From Mobula hypostoma (lineage: Eukaryota): a stretch of 64,000 nucleotides of DNA. This document shows positions 1-12,000 of this stretch, piece by piece (the stretch's first letter is position 1; every line of letters starts with the position of its first letter). The position numbers and the translations under genes are program-made. The notes under the pieces are model-generated. The model worked only from the letters and a program-made list of their open reading frames with translations, had not been told where the DNA came from and did no database searches. The stretch spans positions 92,506,001-92,570,000 of the forward strand of contig NC_086108.1 in NCBI RefSeq assembly GCF_963921235.1. Reading direction: 5' to 3'.

Positions 1-218
1 ACAGCTGTGTAGGGACGGGGTTCGTATTCTGGAGATGGAAAGAACAACCAGAAGACAGCAGAAGAGAGCCAGGAGAAATGCAACCATGGTTACGACCACT
101 ACCACATCTTCATGTCCCACTTGCAATAGAGCTTGTGGGTCCAGGATAGGACTGTATCCTCATCAAAGATGGACGTCGTCATCGGATTTTGATGGACAAC
201 CGAAGATGAAGAAGAAGA
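1..218 (+). mobile_element. RTE-clade LINE 3' end fragment
   Basis: Translation RRQQKRARR...SCPTCNRACGSRIGLYPHQR resembles the C-terminal Cys/His motif of RTE-clade ORFs. It ends in a (GAA)n tail at ~208-218. Confidence 0.6.
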
Positions 219-1142
219 GAAAGAGTGTACATGACAATAATAAATACAATAAGCACAGCAATGAAAACAAATGATGGAATGGAGCAAAGTACAATACAGT
301 ACTGCAAACTGAAGCAGTGGAACAAGAAATGTTAAAGAGCTAGGTTGTTCTGACACCGCGGCACAAGGTTGGTCATCTTTCCTGTACTACATCTCATAAT
401 TTTGTTGACCCAGCCTATAACATTCGTGTCATCAGAAAATAAAGTTGACGCTGTATTTGGCCGCACAGTCATGGGTATACAGATAGTAGAACAGGGGCCT
501 GAGCATGCAACCCTGGAGAGCTCCAGTGTTAAAGTTAGGGCAGATGAAATGTTAATACCAATTCTTACTGGTCAGAAAGTCAAGAAGCTAGTTGCAGATG
601 GGAGTCCCAAGACCAAGGTCCAAGAGGTTTACTCTGAGCTTCCAAATCAGAATCAGATGTCTTATCCCTGTTTTATGTGACATGTAATGTGTTGTTTTGC
701 AGCAGCAGTACTGTGTGAAGACATAAAATGACCATGAATTACAGGATAAATAAACAGTGGGAAGGAAAAGAACAATGAGATAGTGTTCATGGGTTCATGA
801 ACTGTTCCGATTATGGTATTTGTGCGGTTCTGTTTTTAATTTCAAAGCTGATTGCTGCTTGCTTAGTTTACATTTTGAAATAGTTGATGTAGACTGGTTT
901 TTATTTGTATTAATGACTAGTATATCTTAAGCTTCATACTTTGACAATGATTGCATATCCCTAACAACCTTTTCTCAACATTCTCTCATTTTCTATTAGT
1001 CGACTATGGGCATCAAATAAGCACATTTGAACTGAAAGTATTTTACCTTGATTCAAAATTCATAGCTGGCAACCATTATAGATATCCAATTAGCAGATAT
1101 TTTTCTGATGCGACCTAAAGATCCATAAGAAATGTGAGCAGG

Positions 1143-2410
1143 ATCAAAATCAGCATCAGGTTTATTAACACAGATATGTCATGAGATTTGCTGTTTTGTG
1201 GTAGTAGTACGGTACAAGACATAAAAATTAATATAAATTACAATAAACAGTGCAAAGGAGGAATAGTGAGGTATTGTTCTTGGGTTTATAAACCATTCAA
1301 AAATCTGATGGCAGAGAGGAAGAGGCTGTTCCTAAAAAGAGGGGAAGAGACTGTTCCCAGCGGGAGGGAGGAGAAGATGGCGGCGCGCCTGTGTGTGCGC
1401 AGTCCTCCGGTGAAAAATGATATCGTATCTGTTAAATAGGGGCTGTGGACGATTCTGATTTGACGGAGAGGGACGTGAAAGTACAGAGGAACATCTGGAG
1501 AAATTTCTGAATCACCCGTTTGCTGCTGTCGTTACTACGTGGTCAGGAATCTTTCGGAGGGTAGGCCTCAAAATCCCCGTCCTTGCCTGCTTTTGGCGAC
1601 CGAGAAGGAGGTCAAATCATTCGGACAGAGATGGCACTCAGTACTCGGTGTCAGAGAGCTGATCAGAACTCAAAGTTTTTGGATGACTCAGAGTCGGATT
1701 GTGGTTGGCATGGCAGGGAGAGATTTTCTTCCTTCTCCCGTCTGCATGAGATGTGGGACATTTGAGAGACTTTGAACTTTACTGTGCTCATGGACTTCTT
1801 CATCAAGTTATGGTATGGTTGCATTGTTGTAACTATATGTGGTTTTGTCAGTTTTTTCAGTCTTGGTCTGTCCTGTGTTTTGTGATATCACACCGGAGGA
1901 AATACTGTATCATTTCTTAATGCATGCATTACTAAATGACAATAAAGGAGGACTACGTGTCTTCATAATCTTAAAAAAAAATTTGAGTGTGGGTCTTCAG
2001 GCTCCTGTACTTCCTCCCTAATGGTAATAATGAGAAGCGGGCATGTCTCAGATGGTCAAAGTCCTTTATGATGGATGCCACCTTCTTGAGACATCACCTT
2101 TTGAAGGTGTTCTCAATGATGGGGATGCTTGTGTCCATGATAAAGCTGGCTAAATTTGCAACCCTCGGCACCTCTTTTGATCCTGTGAAATGGTGCCATA
2201 TATTGGGCAGTGATGCAACCAGCCAGAATACTCTCCATGCTACGTCCATAGAAATTTACTAGAGTCTTTGGAGACATACCAAGTCTCCTCAAACTCCTAA
2301 TGACGTATAGTCACGGGCATGCCTTCTTTGTGATTGCATCAATATGTTGGGCCCAGGATAGAGCCTCTCAGATGTTGTTGTCCAGGAACTTGAAGCTGCT
2401 CGCTTTTTCC
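1143..2410 (-). mobile_element. Degenerate Rex1/Babar-type LINE 3' portion, interrupted by an insert at ~1339-1981
   Basis: 3' UTR and C-terminal ORF are similar to the Rex1-like copy at 38445-39200 (compare ORF 1987-2262 NNEKRACLRWSKSFMMDATFLRH with 38734 NNEKRACPGCWRSLIMDAAFLRH). The sequence resumes after the insert. Confidence 0.7.
1339..1981 (+). mobile_element. Non-coding non-autonomous retroposon with Rex1-like 3' tail
   Basis: Interrupts a Rex1 copy at an A-run. The GC-rich 5' end contains AAGATGGCGGC. The 3' end has AAATGACAATAAA, as in the Rex1 tail at 42064-42076. No ORF with recognisable homology. Confidence 0.55.
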
Positions 2411-2761
2411 TCTGTTGAGTACCATATTAGGTTTCTTGAGCCTGCTGGATTATTTAATACAATCATTGGTGATCTGATCATGGCCTCAAATCCATTCCTG
2501 TACATAACTTGTATTTACACAGTAGCCCAAAAATCCATTTCAACCTCAAATATATTCAATAACTCAATCTTAGCTGCTGTGTGGAGTAGGGAATTCCAAG
2601 GAATCATGACTCTGTGAGAGGAAATAATCTTTCTCATTTCCATTATATATGGTCGATTCTTTATTCTAAAATTGTATCATAGGTCGAGAACTCCTCAGCA
2701 TCTATCCTTTCAACATTTATCCTTTCTTCTCAGGCCCTTTTGAAACATACAATATATGTCA

Positions 2762-2910
2762 AATAAACTCTTCTGGGCTTCCAGATGTTGATTATAACTG
2801 ACTTTTCAACGACAAATTCCATCATCTTCATGAAGATGGCAGAGTTTGTCATCGAAATGTCGATTATAATCGATATCTGTACCCAGCTGGATGTCCGAGA
2901 AGAGTTTATT
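2762..2910. repeat. Imperfect ~150-bp palindrome, probable fold-back Penelope terminus remnant
   Basis: Arms AATAAACTCTTCT...AGAAGAGTTTATT around a centre ATCTTCA|TGAAGAT at 2830/2831. The right arm has a decayed hammerhead-like TGAA-GATGGC...GTCATC-GAAATGTC. Confidence 0.6.
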
Positions 2911-3732
2911 CATCATATACACTGGGAAAGCATGGGATCCTTTTTCATACAGTATATGTTTCTACAAGAGTACCTCTCTTCCTTCTAAATTTGAGAGAGT
3001 GTCTTTTCATCTTTCTCCCTCGTCTGTTATTAAAGTACTCAAATCCCTAAGAAAGAATCCATTTTAATCCATTCTGCAAATTAACTTCTTTGCCAGCCCA
3101 GCCTCCAACTACATCTACTCATTCATTTCCACAGTATTAGGATCAGTTCATAAAGTTTGCTTCCAAATTCCTGGATATTTCATACATTCATATGGCACAG
3201 AAACAGGCCCTTTGATCCACCATCAAATACCCAGCTATTCTAACACCATTTAACAGCGCCCGGAGCATCACCTTAGATGTCTTGTTGATTCAAAAGCTTG
3301 TCCAGATAATTTTTAAATGTTGTAAGAGTACCTACCTCTCCCGTCTTTTCAGGTAGTGAGTTCCTGATTTCAACCAACCTCTGGGTATTTTTTTTTATCT
3401 CTCTGATCCCTTTTCACCCTCTTGCTCTTCATCTTAACCCTCTACCCTTGGGTTTTGAATGTGTCCATTATAGGAAAAATACATTCTAAATCGTTGTTCC
3501 CCAGGATACGGTTAAACAGAACAGAGCAGTACAGCACAGCACAGGAATTTCAACCCCATGATGTTGTGCCAATCTTTCCCACAACTAATGGACTCACTTT
3601 CAAGGACACTTCATCTCATGTTCTTGATATTTATTGCTTATTTATTCATTATTATGTCTTTCTTTTTATATTTGCACAGTTTGTTGTCTTTTGCGTGCTG
3701 GTTGAATGCCCAAGTTGGAGCAATCTTTCATT

Positions 3733-5340
3733 GATTACGTAAGTATTCACCCCTTTCAAGTCAGTATTTAATAGATGCACTTTTTGGCAGTGATTACTAC
3801 CTTGAGTTTGTCCCGATAGGTCTCTGTCAGCTTTACACATCTGGACACTGCGATCTTTTTCCCCATTCTTCTTTACAAAACTATTTGAGCTCTGTCAGAT
3901 TGCATGGGATTGTGAATGAACAGCCCTCTTCAAGTCCAGCCACAAATTCTCAATTGGATTGGTGCCTAGACTCTGACTTGGCCACTCCAGGACATTAACT
4001 TTGTCGTTTTTAAGACATTCCTGTGTAGCTTTGGCTTTATGCTTGTGTTCATTGCCTTGCTGGAAAACAAATCTTCTCCCAAGTTACAGTTCTCTTGTAG
4101 AATGTATCAAGCTTCCACCAGGATTTCCCTGTATTTTGCTACATTCATTTTGCCTTCCACCTTCACAAGCCTTCCTGGGCCTGCTGCAGTGAAGCATCCC
4201 CACAACATGCTTCACTGTAGGGATTGTGTGTTTTTGATTGTAATCACAAAATAATCTGAAGATGCTGGGGTCAAAGCAACACTCACAACACGCTGGAGGA
4301 AGGACCCAGTCCTGATGAAGGGTTCCGGCCCGAAACGTCGACCGATCTTTTCCACAGATGCTGCCCGACCTGCTGAGTTCCTCCAGCGTGTTGTGAGTAT
4401 GTTTTTGATGATGTGTGGTGTTTGGTTATGCCAAATATAACGTTTAGTCTGATGGCCAAGAAACTCAATTTTGATTTCATCAGGCCATTGAACCTTCTTC
4501 CAGCTGACTCCAGAGTCTCCCACATGCCTTCTGGCAAACTCTGTCCGAGATGTCATGTGAGTGTTTTTCAACAGTGACTTTCTCTTTGCCACTCTCCCAT
4601 AAAACTATGACTGGTGAAGCACCCGGGCAACAGTTGTCACATGCGCCATCTCTTCCATCTCAGCCACTGAAGGTGGTAGCTCCTCCTCCGTCACTGAAGC
4701 TTGAAAGACTTATGAAGTTGCCATAGGTCTCTTGATGGCCTCCCTCACTATCCCCTTCTTGCACGGTCACTCAGTTTTTGAAAACGGCCTGCCCTAGGCA
4801 GATTTACAGCTGTTGCCATATTCTTTCCATTTCTTGATGATTGACTTAACTGTACTCCAGGGGAATAGTCTGTGACAGAAAATATCCTGATTTGTGCTTT
4901 CAATAACCTTTTTATGGAGTTGCTTCGAGTGTGCTTTTTCCTTCATGGTGCAGTTTTTGCCAGGATACTGATTCACCAGCAGTTGGACTTTCAGATACAG
5001 GTGTATTTTTACTATAGTCAATTGAAACATTTTGACTGCACACCTGTCTCCAAAGACAGATCTCCATTTCAGTAGTTATGTGACTGCTAAATCCAATTGG
5101 CTGCACCAGTCATGATTTGGTGTGTCATATTAAAGGGGGATAAATACTTATGCAATCAGTTATTTTGTGTTTTATATTTGTTATTAATTTAGATCACTTT
5201 GTAAAGATCTGTTTTCACTTTGACACCAAAGAGTCTTTTTCAGTTGATCAGTGTCAAAAACACCAAATTAAATCCACTGTGATTAAATGTTGTAAAACAA
5301 TAAAAACATGAAAACTTTCAAAGCTTTTTAATAGGCACTG
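3733..5340 (-). mobile_element. Degenerate Tc1 (IR/DR-type) DNA transposon
   Basis: Transposase fragments such as PWSTVKSIIKKWKEYG (4794-5030) and FARRHVGDSGVSWKKVQWPDEIKIEF (4212-4592). The right end reads ...TAGGCACTG (CAGTGCCTA on the minus strand). The inner repeat TAAGTATTCACCCC at ~3739 is mirrored at ~5135-5155. Confidence 0.85.
4239..4399. mobile_element. Miniature fold-back Penelope-derived insert with hammerhead motif
   Basis: 10-bp TSD TGTTTTTGAT at 4229-4238 and 4400-4409. Inverted arms ACTCACAACACGCTGGAGGA / TCCTCCAGCGTGTTGTGAGT. Hammerhead core at 4312-4339. Confidence 0.8.
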
Positions 5341-5659
5341 CACTTTGATACTAAATTTACTGTGAACTTTGAAGCTACTCTAAGATCAATCTACTTCTTC
5401 CCTCTCACATTGTCTTCCAATTTTCTTTCATCCATATGCCACCTAAGAATCTCTTAAAGGTCCCGACTTAAAGAAATCCTACTTTATGAAAATTCTCCTG
5501 TACGTTTTAAAGCGCTTTCCAAAATAGTGAAATATTTTGCGGTATTCATTAATGATTGGATGTATATATTCCATTGCTTAATGAAAAAATACAACATGGA
5601 AAGCTATAGAAAACAGGTGTTTCTGACTTATAGAGAAACAGTTTACAGGAGCAGAACAC

Positions 5660-6460
5660 TTGCATAACCTTGGGGACTGACAGTACCTCCCATACTTCTG
5701 TATAAGTACCACCCACTCCCTCCCCAGCCCTCTCTGCTGCAAGGAATACAAACCCAGTCTCTCTTCATAACTTACATGGTGTGGTAAACCATATATATAT
5801 ATGTTGTAACTGGGTTAACTGTCTGGACACGCCTCTCTGCTGACTGCCCCTGTGGCTCCTCCCACAGGCCCCTGAATAAAGGTGATTTCGTCCTGCTCCT
5901 CCCCCTCAGTCAGGGGCAGACACTCAGCATGCTGGAAGTCATACTTTACTGCGAATAAAAGCCTTTCAGTATTTACCCTACTTCAGTCGTTTGGAATAAT
6001 TGAAGGTGCATCACATGGTCCATTCTAGCAACGTCCTGGTAAATCACCTCTGCGCTCGCTCCAGTGGAATCACATCCTTCCTATAGTGTGGGAACCCAAA
6101 TAGCACACTATATTCAGCTGTAGTGTAAGCAAAGTTTTATAAAGCAGAGCCATAACCATCGTGCTCTTATATTCTATACCCTGGCTAATGAAGGCCAGCA
6201 TCCTATATGCTTTTTACACCACTTTATCTACAAACGTGTACCTGTGCTGCCATCTTTAGAGAATCTAATGACCTAAGCTAATGGTTTCCTCAATACTTCC
6301 TTGGGCCTTAACTTTCACTGGGCCCTGTCAGATCATATAAAGCTTCCAAAATGCAGCACCTAACATTTATTGGGCTTAGTTTCTATCAGCCATTGCTTGG
6401 CTCAAGTTATCATCTCATCAGTATTATTCTGAAGCCTAATCCTCTGACCCCTTCTGTCAA
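5660..6460 (-). mobile_element. Old CR1 LINE fragment (split by the solo LTR)
   Basis: Diverged similarity to the antisense of the CR1 RT C-terminal region at 11270-11800. Confidence 0.55.
5780..6013 (+). mobile_element. Solo LTR (234 bp)
   Basis: TG...CA termini, perfect 5-bp TSD CATGG (5775-5779, 6014-6018) and internal AATAAA. Sits within a decayed CR1. Confidence 0.85.
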
Positions 6461-8144
6461 CAATACCAGAAAAGTCTGTGGCTTCTTATCGTGGCTATCC
6501 CTCGAGGTCGAGGATGATGGTCTTTGTTCTGTTGATCGACTTATAGGCTCTCAAGTGGCTTATGAGTCCAATCTTAAGACAATATGTGGCTTCTACAACC
6601 TTGTGAATCATATTTCTTGGATATTATGACAGCTTTGCTTCACTAGGCTAAATTGTAAATCTCAGTTGTCACACCTCTTTTCTGCTACCCAAGTTTCTTA
6701 AATTTTAAGCTACCGTGTGTGGTTACCCACCCATCAGGCTGTTAGGCATGATCTGCTTCTTCTGTTGGTTTCTCAGCCCCAACCACATTCTGATTGCTGA
6801 TGAAAATTTCTTGGTTGAAGAACATTTCTCCCCATGTTTCTAATTGCCTGTCTCTTTAATTTTCCATCCCATTTCTAATCTAACCTCTCAGTCTTTGGCC
6901 TCCTACAAGGTCCAAAAGCCAGTTTGAGGAGTAGCATGTCATCTTTTGTTCAGTCGTTGACAGCCCTCAGAGCACAGTATTGAATTCAATAATATCAGGA
7001 AACCAGACTTTCCAACTTTAATCAGAAAGAGCTTTTCCTGATGTAAAGTCATCAGTGTGTAATAATAGCTAAATTTTCTCTCACCACTGATGATGCCTCA
7101 CCTGCTAAGTATTTCCACCAACCTCATTTATTCCCATTTTCCAACAACTGCAGTATTTTGTAGCTCATAATAACTATATTCCCACGTATCTTTTTCTACT
7201 TGTACTGTACCTTATCCAATGAAATCATTTTTAATTAACAAGCCGTCAGCCAGCACCTGGGTCTACCTGGGTCATTCAGTTTTCTAACCATTTGATTTGG
7301 TCAAGCGATTTGCCTGACCAAGACTATGCCCTCCTCCAGAGCCATCTTATTATTTACATTCTTCCAGTTATTTCCTTGTAAGTGATTCTCCCTTACTTTC
7401 CCATTATCTTCCTTCTGATTCTCCCGCCAACTGCATATACTAGTGGTAATTTACAGAAGGCAATTTGCCTTTGCGATATGGGAGGAAACTGAAGCACCTG
7501 GAGGAAACCATCCATGGTCACAGGGAGAGTGTGTAAACTCTACACAGACAGCTCCAGAGGTCATGACTGAACTCAGATTGCTGGAATAACAACTTGTGTT
7601 TCTTGAGATTTTGCTGTGTCCTTCATAGCTTTCTGACTGTCACTGTGGACAACCTTCCAACACATCTAGTTCTGCCACTTTTCCTCTTTTGACTTATTTC
7701 CTTAATACCAACTTCATACTCTGCATCGTGTCTCCATTAATTTCTCCCCACTCATGTACTCTGCACTGCCAGACCCTAGCTGCTTTTCTCTACATCATTA
7801 CCCACTGCCAGTCCAAGTTTCTCTCTCTCTCAGATCCACTGTAGTTCCCCTCTGTGCACCATATGGTCAGTCTGACACTCATGACAGCCTCCTAAGGAGA
7901 AACTAGACCGCTTTTCCATCATACTCTCTTACCCTCCATCCTGTTTAAGGTTCCTGCCAGGGGTTAACCTTTTCAACCACTTTTGCATTTCAGTCAGCTC
8001 TCTCAATCCCAACCATAGACACCTTGTCATTGGAATAGTTTTTGCTGCCCTAATGGTTAGAAATTCAAAATACAATTTTTTGACTAACATTTATATAAAT
8101 CATAACATTTTAGAAGCTAAGCAGGAAAATAAAATCCTCTCCTA

Positions 8145-8415
8145 TCAAGTTCTCCCTTCTTCAGTTCTTTATCTCATCCACCTCTCATCTCCAGTTTCTT
8201 ACTTCATCCCCCAACCTCTCCCACCCACCCACCTTCCTCCTCACCTGTTCCCACTTATCTTATGCAACCAGATTGTACTCCTTTTCCTCCCCAACCTTCT
8301 TAATCTAGCTTCTGCTCCCTTTCTTTCAAGTCCTGTTGAAGGGTCTTGGCCCGAAATGTCAACTGTTTATTCCTCCCCATAGATGCCGCCTGCCTGCTGA
8401 GTTCCTCCAGCATTT
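8145..8415 (+). mobile_element. Old Penelope-type terminal fragment
   Basis: Pyrimidine-rich tract followed by a degenerate hammerhead CCTGTTGAAGGGTCTTGGCCCGAAATGTC and GCTGAGTTCCTCCAGCA. Confidence 0.65.
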
Positions 8416-8596
8416 CTTCAAAGTTCAAAGTAATTTTTATTATCAAAGTACATATAAATCACCATTTAAAGCCTTGACTCATTTTCTTGTGGGCATACTC
8501 AACAAATTTATATAATAATAACTATATCAGAAACAATGGAAGACCTCCCAACTAGGGAAACAACCAGAGTGCAGAAGACAACAAACTGTGCAAATA

Positions 8597-9012
8597 GTCA
8601 TAGTCATAGTCATACTTTATTAATCCCGGGGGAAATTGGTTTTCGTTACAGTTGCTCCATAAATAATAAATAGTAATAGAACCATTAATAGTTAAATAGT
8701 AATATGTAAATTATGCCAGTAAATTATGAAATACGTCCAGGACCAGCCTATTGGCTCAGGGTGTCTGACCCTCCAAGGGAGGAGTTGTAAAGTTTGATGG
8801 CCACAGGCAGGAATGACTTCCTCTGACGCTCAATGCTGCATCTCGGTGGAATGAGTCTCTGGCTGAATGTACTCCTGTGCCCACCCAGTACATTATGTAC
8901 TGGATGGGAGACATTAACCAAGATGGCATGCAACTTAGACAGCATCCTCTTTTCAGACACCACCGTCAGAGAGTCCAGTTCCATCCCCACAACATCACTG
9001 GACTTACGAATG
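8597..9012 (-). mobile_element. Young 5'-truncated Rex1/Babar LINE 3' end
   Basis: ORF end ...SHPVHNVL...RKSFLPVAIKLYN, (ATGACT)n tail, near-identical to 50612-51300. Confidence 0.85.
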
Positions 9013-9032
9013 AAAAAAGCAAAAAGAAGAAA

Positions 9033-12000
9033 CAGCAACACACATCAAAGTTGCTGGTGAACGCAGCAGGCCAGGCAGCATCTATAGGAAGAGGCGCAGT
9101 CGATGTTTCAGGCCGAGACCCTTCGTCAGGACTAACTGAAGGAAGAGTGAGTAAGGGATTTGAAAGTTGGAGGGGGAGGGGGAGATCCAAAATGATAGGA
9201 GAAGACAGGAGGGGGAGGGATAAAGCCGAGAGCTGGACAGGTGATAGGCAAAAGGGGATACGAGAGGATCATGGGACAGGAGGTCTGGGAAGAAAGACAA
9301 GGGGGGGGTGACCCAGAGGATGGGCAAGAGGTATATTCAGAGGGACAGAGGGAGAAAAAGGAGAGTGAGAGAAAGAATGTGTGCATAAAAATGAGTAACA
9401 GATGGGGTACGAGGGGGAGGTGGGGCCTTAGCGGAAGTTAGAGAAGTCGATGTTCATGCCATCAGGTTGGAGGCTACCCAGACGGAATATAAGGTGTTGT
9501 TCCTCCAACCTGAGTGTGGCTTCATCTTTACAGTAGAGGAGGCCGTGGATAGACATGTCAGAATGGGAATGGGATGTGGAATTAAAATGTGTGGCCACTG
9601 GGAGATCCTGCTTTCTCTGGCGGACAGAGCATAGATGTTCAGCAAAGCGGTCTCCCAGTCTGCGTCGGGTCTCGCCAATATATAAGAGGCCACATCGGGA
9701 GCACCGGACGCAGTATATCACCCCAGTCGACTCACAGGTGAAGTGATGCCTCACCTGGAAGGACTGTCTGGGGCCCTGAATGGTGGTAAGGGAGGAAGTG
9801 TAAGGGCATGTGTAGCACTTGTTCCACTTACACGGATAAGTGCCAGGAGGGAGATCAGTGGGGAGGGGTGGGGGGGACGAATGGACAAGGGAGTTGTGTA
9901 GGGAGCGATCCCTGCGGAATGCAGAGAGAGGAGGGGAGGGAAAGATGTGCTTAGTGGTGGGATTCCGTTGGAGGTGGCAGAAGTTACGGAGAATAATATG
10001 TTGGACCCAGAGGCTGGTGGGGTGGTAGGTGAGGACCAGGGGAACCCTATTCCTAGTGGGGTGGTGGGAGGATGGAGTGAGAGCAGATGTACGTGAAATG
10101 GAGGAGATGCATTTAAGAGCAGAGTTGATAGTGGAGGAAGGGAAGCCCCTTTCTTTAAAAAAGGAAGACATCTCCCTCGTCCTAGAATGAAAAGCCTCAT
10201 CCTGAGAGCAGATGCGGCGGAGACGGAGGAATTGCGAGAAGGGGATGGCGTTTTTGCAAGAGACAGGGTGAGAAGAGGAATAGTCCAGATAGCTGTGAGA
10301 GTCAGTAGGCTTATAGTAGACATCAGTGGATAAGCTGTCTCCAGAGACAGAGACAGAAAGATCTAGAAAGGGGAGGGAGGTGTTGGAAATGGACCAGGTA
10401 AACTTGAGGGCAGGGTGAAAGTTGGAGGTAAAGTTAATAAAGTCAACGAGTTCTGCATGCGTGCAGGAAGCAGCGCCAATGCAGTCATCGATGTAGCGAA
10501 GGAAAAGTGGGGGACAGATACCAGAATAGGCACGGAACATAGATTGTTCCACAAATCCAACAAAAAGGCAGGCATAGCTAGGACCCATACGGGTGCCCAT
10601 AGCTACACCTTTAGTTTGGAGGAAGTGGGAGGAGCAAAAGGAGAAATTATTAAGGGTAAGGACTAATTCCGCTAGACGGAGCAGAGTGGTGGTAGAGGGG
10701 AACTGATTAGGTCTGGAATCCAAAAAGAAGCGTAGAGCTTTGAGACCTTCCTGATGGGGGATGGAAGTATATAAGGACTGGACATCAATGGTGAAAATAA
10801 AGCAGTGGGGGCCAGGGAACTTAAAATCATCGAAAAGTTTAAGAGCGTGAGAAGTGTCACGAACATAGAAACATAGAAACATAGAAACATAGAAAATAGG
10901 TGCAGGAGTAGGCCATTCGGCCCTTCGAGCCTGCACCGCCATTTATTATGATCATGGCTGATCATCCAACTCAGAACCCAGCCTTCCCTCCATACCCCCT
11001 GACCCCTGTAGCCACAAGGGCCATATCTAACTTCCTTTTAAACATAGCTAATGAACTGGCCTCAACAGTTTGCTGTGGCAGAGAATTCCACAGATTCACC
11101 ACTCTCTGTGTGAAGAAGTTTTTCCTAACCTCGGTCCTAAAAGGCTTCCCCTCTATCCTCAAACTGTGACCCCTCGTTCTAGACCTCCCCAACATCGGGA
11201 ACAATCTTCCTGCATCTAGCCTGTCCAATCCCTTTAGGATCTTATACGTTTCAATCAGATCCCCCCTCAATCTTCTAAATTCCAACGAGTACAAGCCCAG
11301 TTCATCCAGTCTTTCTTCATATGAAAGACCTGCCATCCCAGGAATCAATCTGGTGAACCTTCTTTGTACTCCCTCTATGGCAAAGATGTCTTTCCTCAGA
11401 TTAGGGGACCAAAACTGCACACAATACTCCAGGTGTGGTCTCACCAAGGCCTTGTACAACTGCAGTAGTACCTCCCTGCTCCTGTACTCGAATCCTCTCG
11501 CTATAAATGCCAGCATACCGTTCGCCTTTTTCACCGCCTGCTGTACCTGCATGCCCACTTTCAATGACTGGTGTATAATGACACCCAGGTCTCGTTGCAC
11601 CTCCCCTTTTCCTAATCGGCCACCATTCAGATAATAATCTGTTTTCCTATTTTTGCCACCAAAGTGGATAACTTCACATTTATCCACATTAAATTGCATC
11701 TGCCATGAGTTTGCCCACTCACCCAACCTATCCAAGTCACCCTGCATCCTCTTAGCATCCTCCTCACTGCTAACACTGCCACCCAGCTTCGTGTCATCCG
11801 CAAACTTGGAGATGCTGCATTTAATTCCCTCATCCAAGTCATTAATATATATTGTAAACAACTGGGGTCCCAGCACTGAGCCTTGCGGTACCCCACTAGT
11901 CACCGCCTGCCATTCTGAAAAGGTCCCGTTTATTCCCACTCTTTGCTTCCTGTCTGCTAACCAATTCTCCACCCACACCAATACCTTACCCCCAATACCG

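Noticed and set aside
8877..9311. Recurrent peptide KQHTSKLLVNAAGQAASIGRGAVDVSGRDPSSGLTEG (also at 24838, 27985, 42609, 47439) as a gene family
   Set aside because: Antisense translation of the Penelope terminal repeat and hammerhead region.
10861..10896. Short tandem repeats (AAACATAG)n, also (ATAGTC)n and (GACTT)n, as CRISPR-like or satellite arrays
   Set aside because: No spacers; these are LINE 3' tails in a vertebrate genome.
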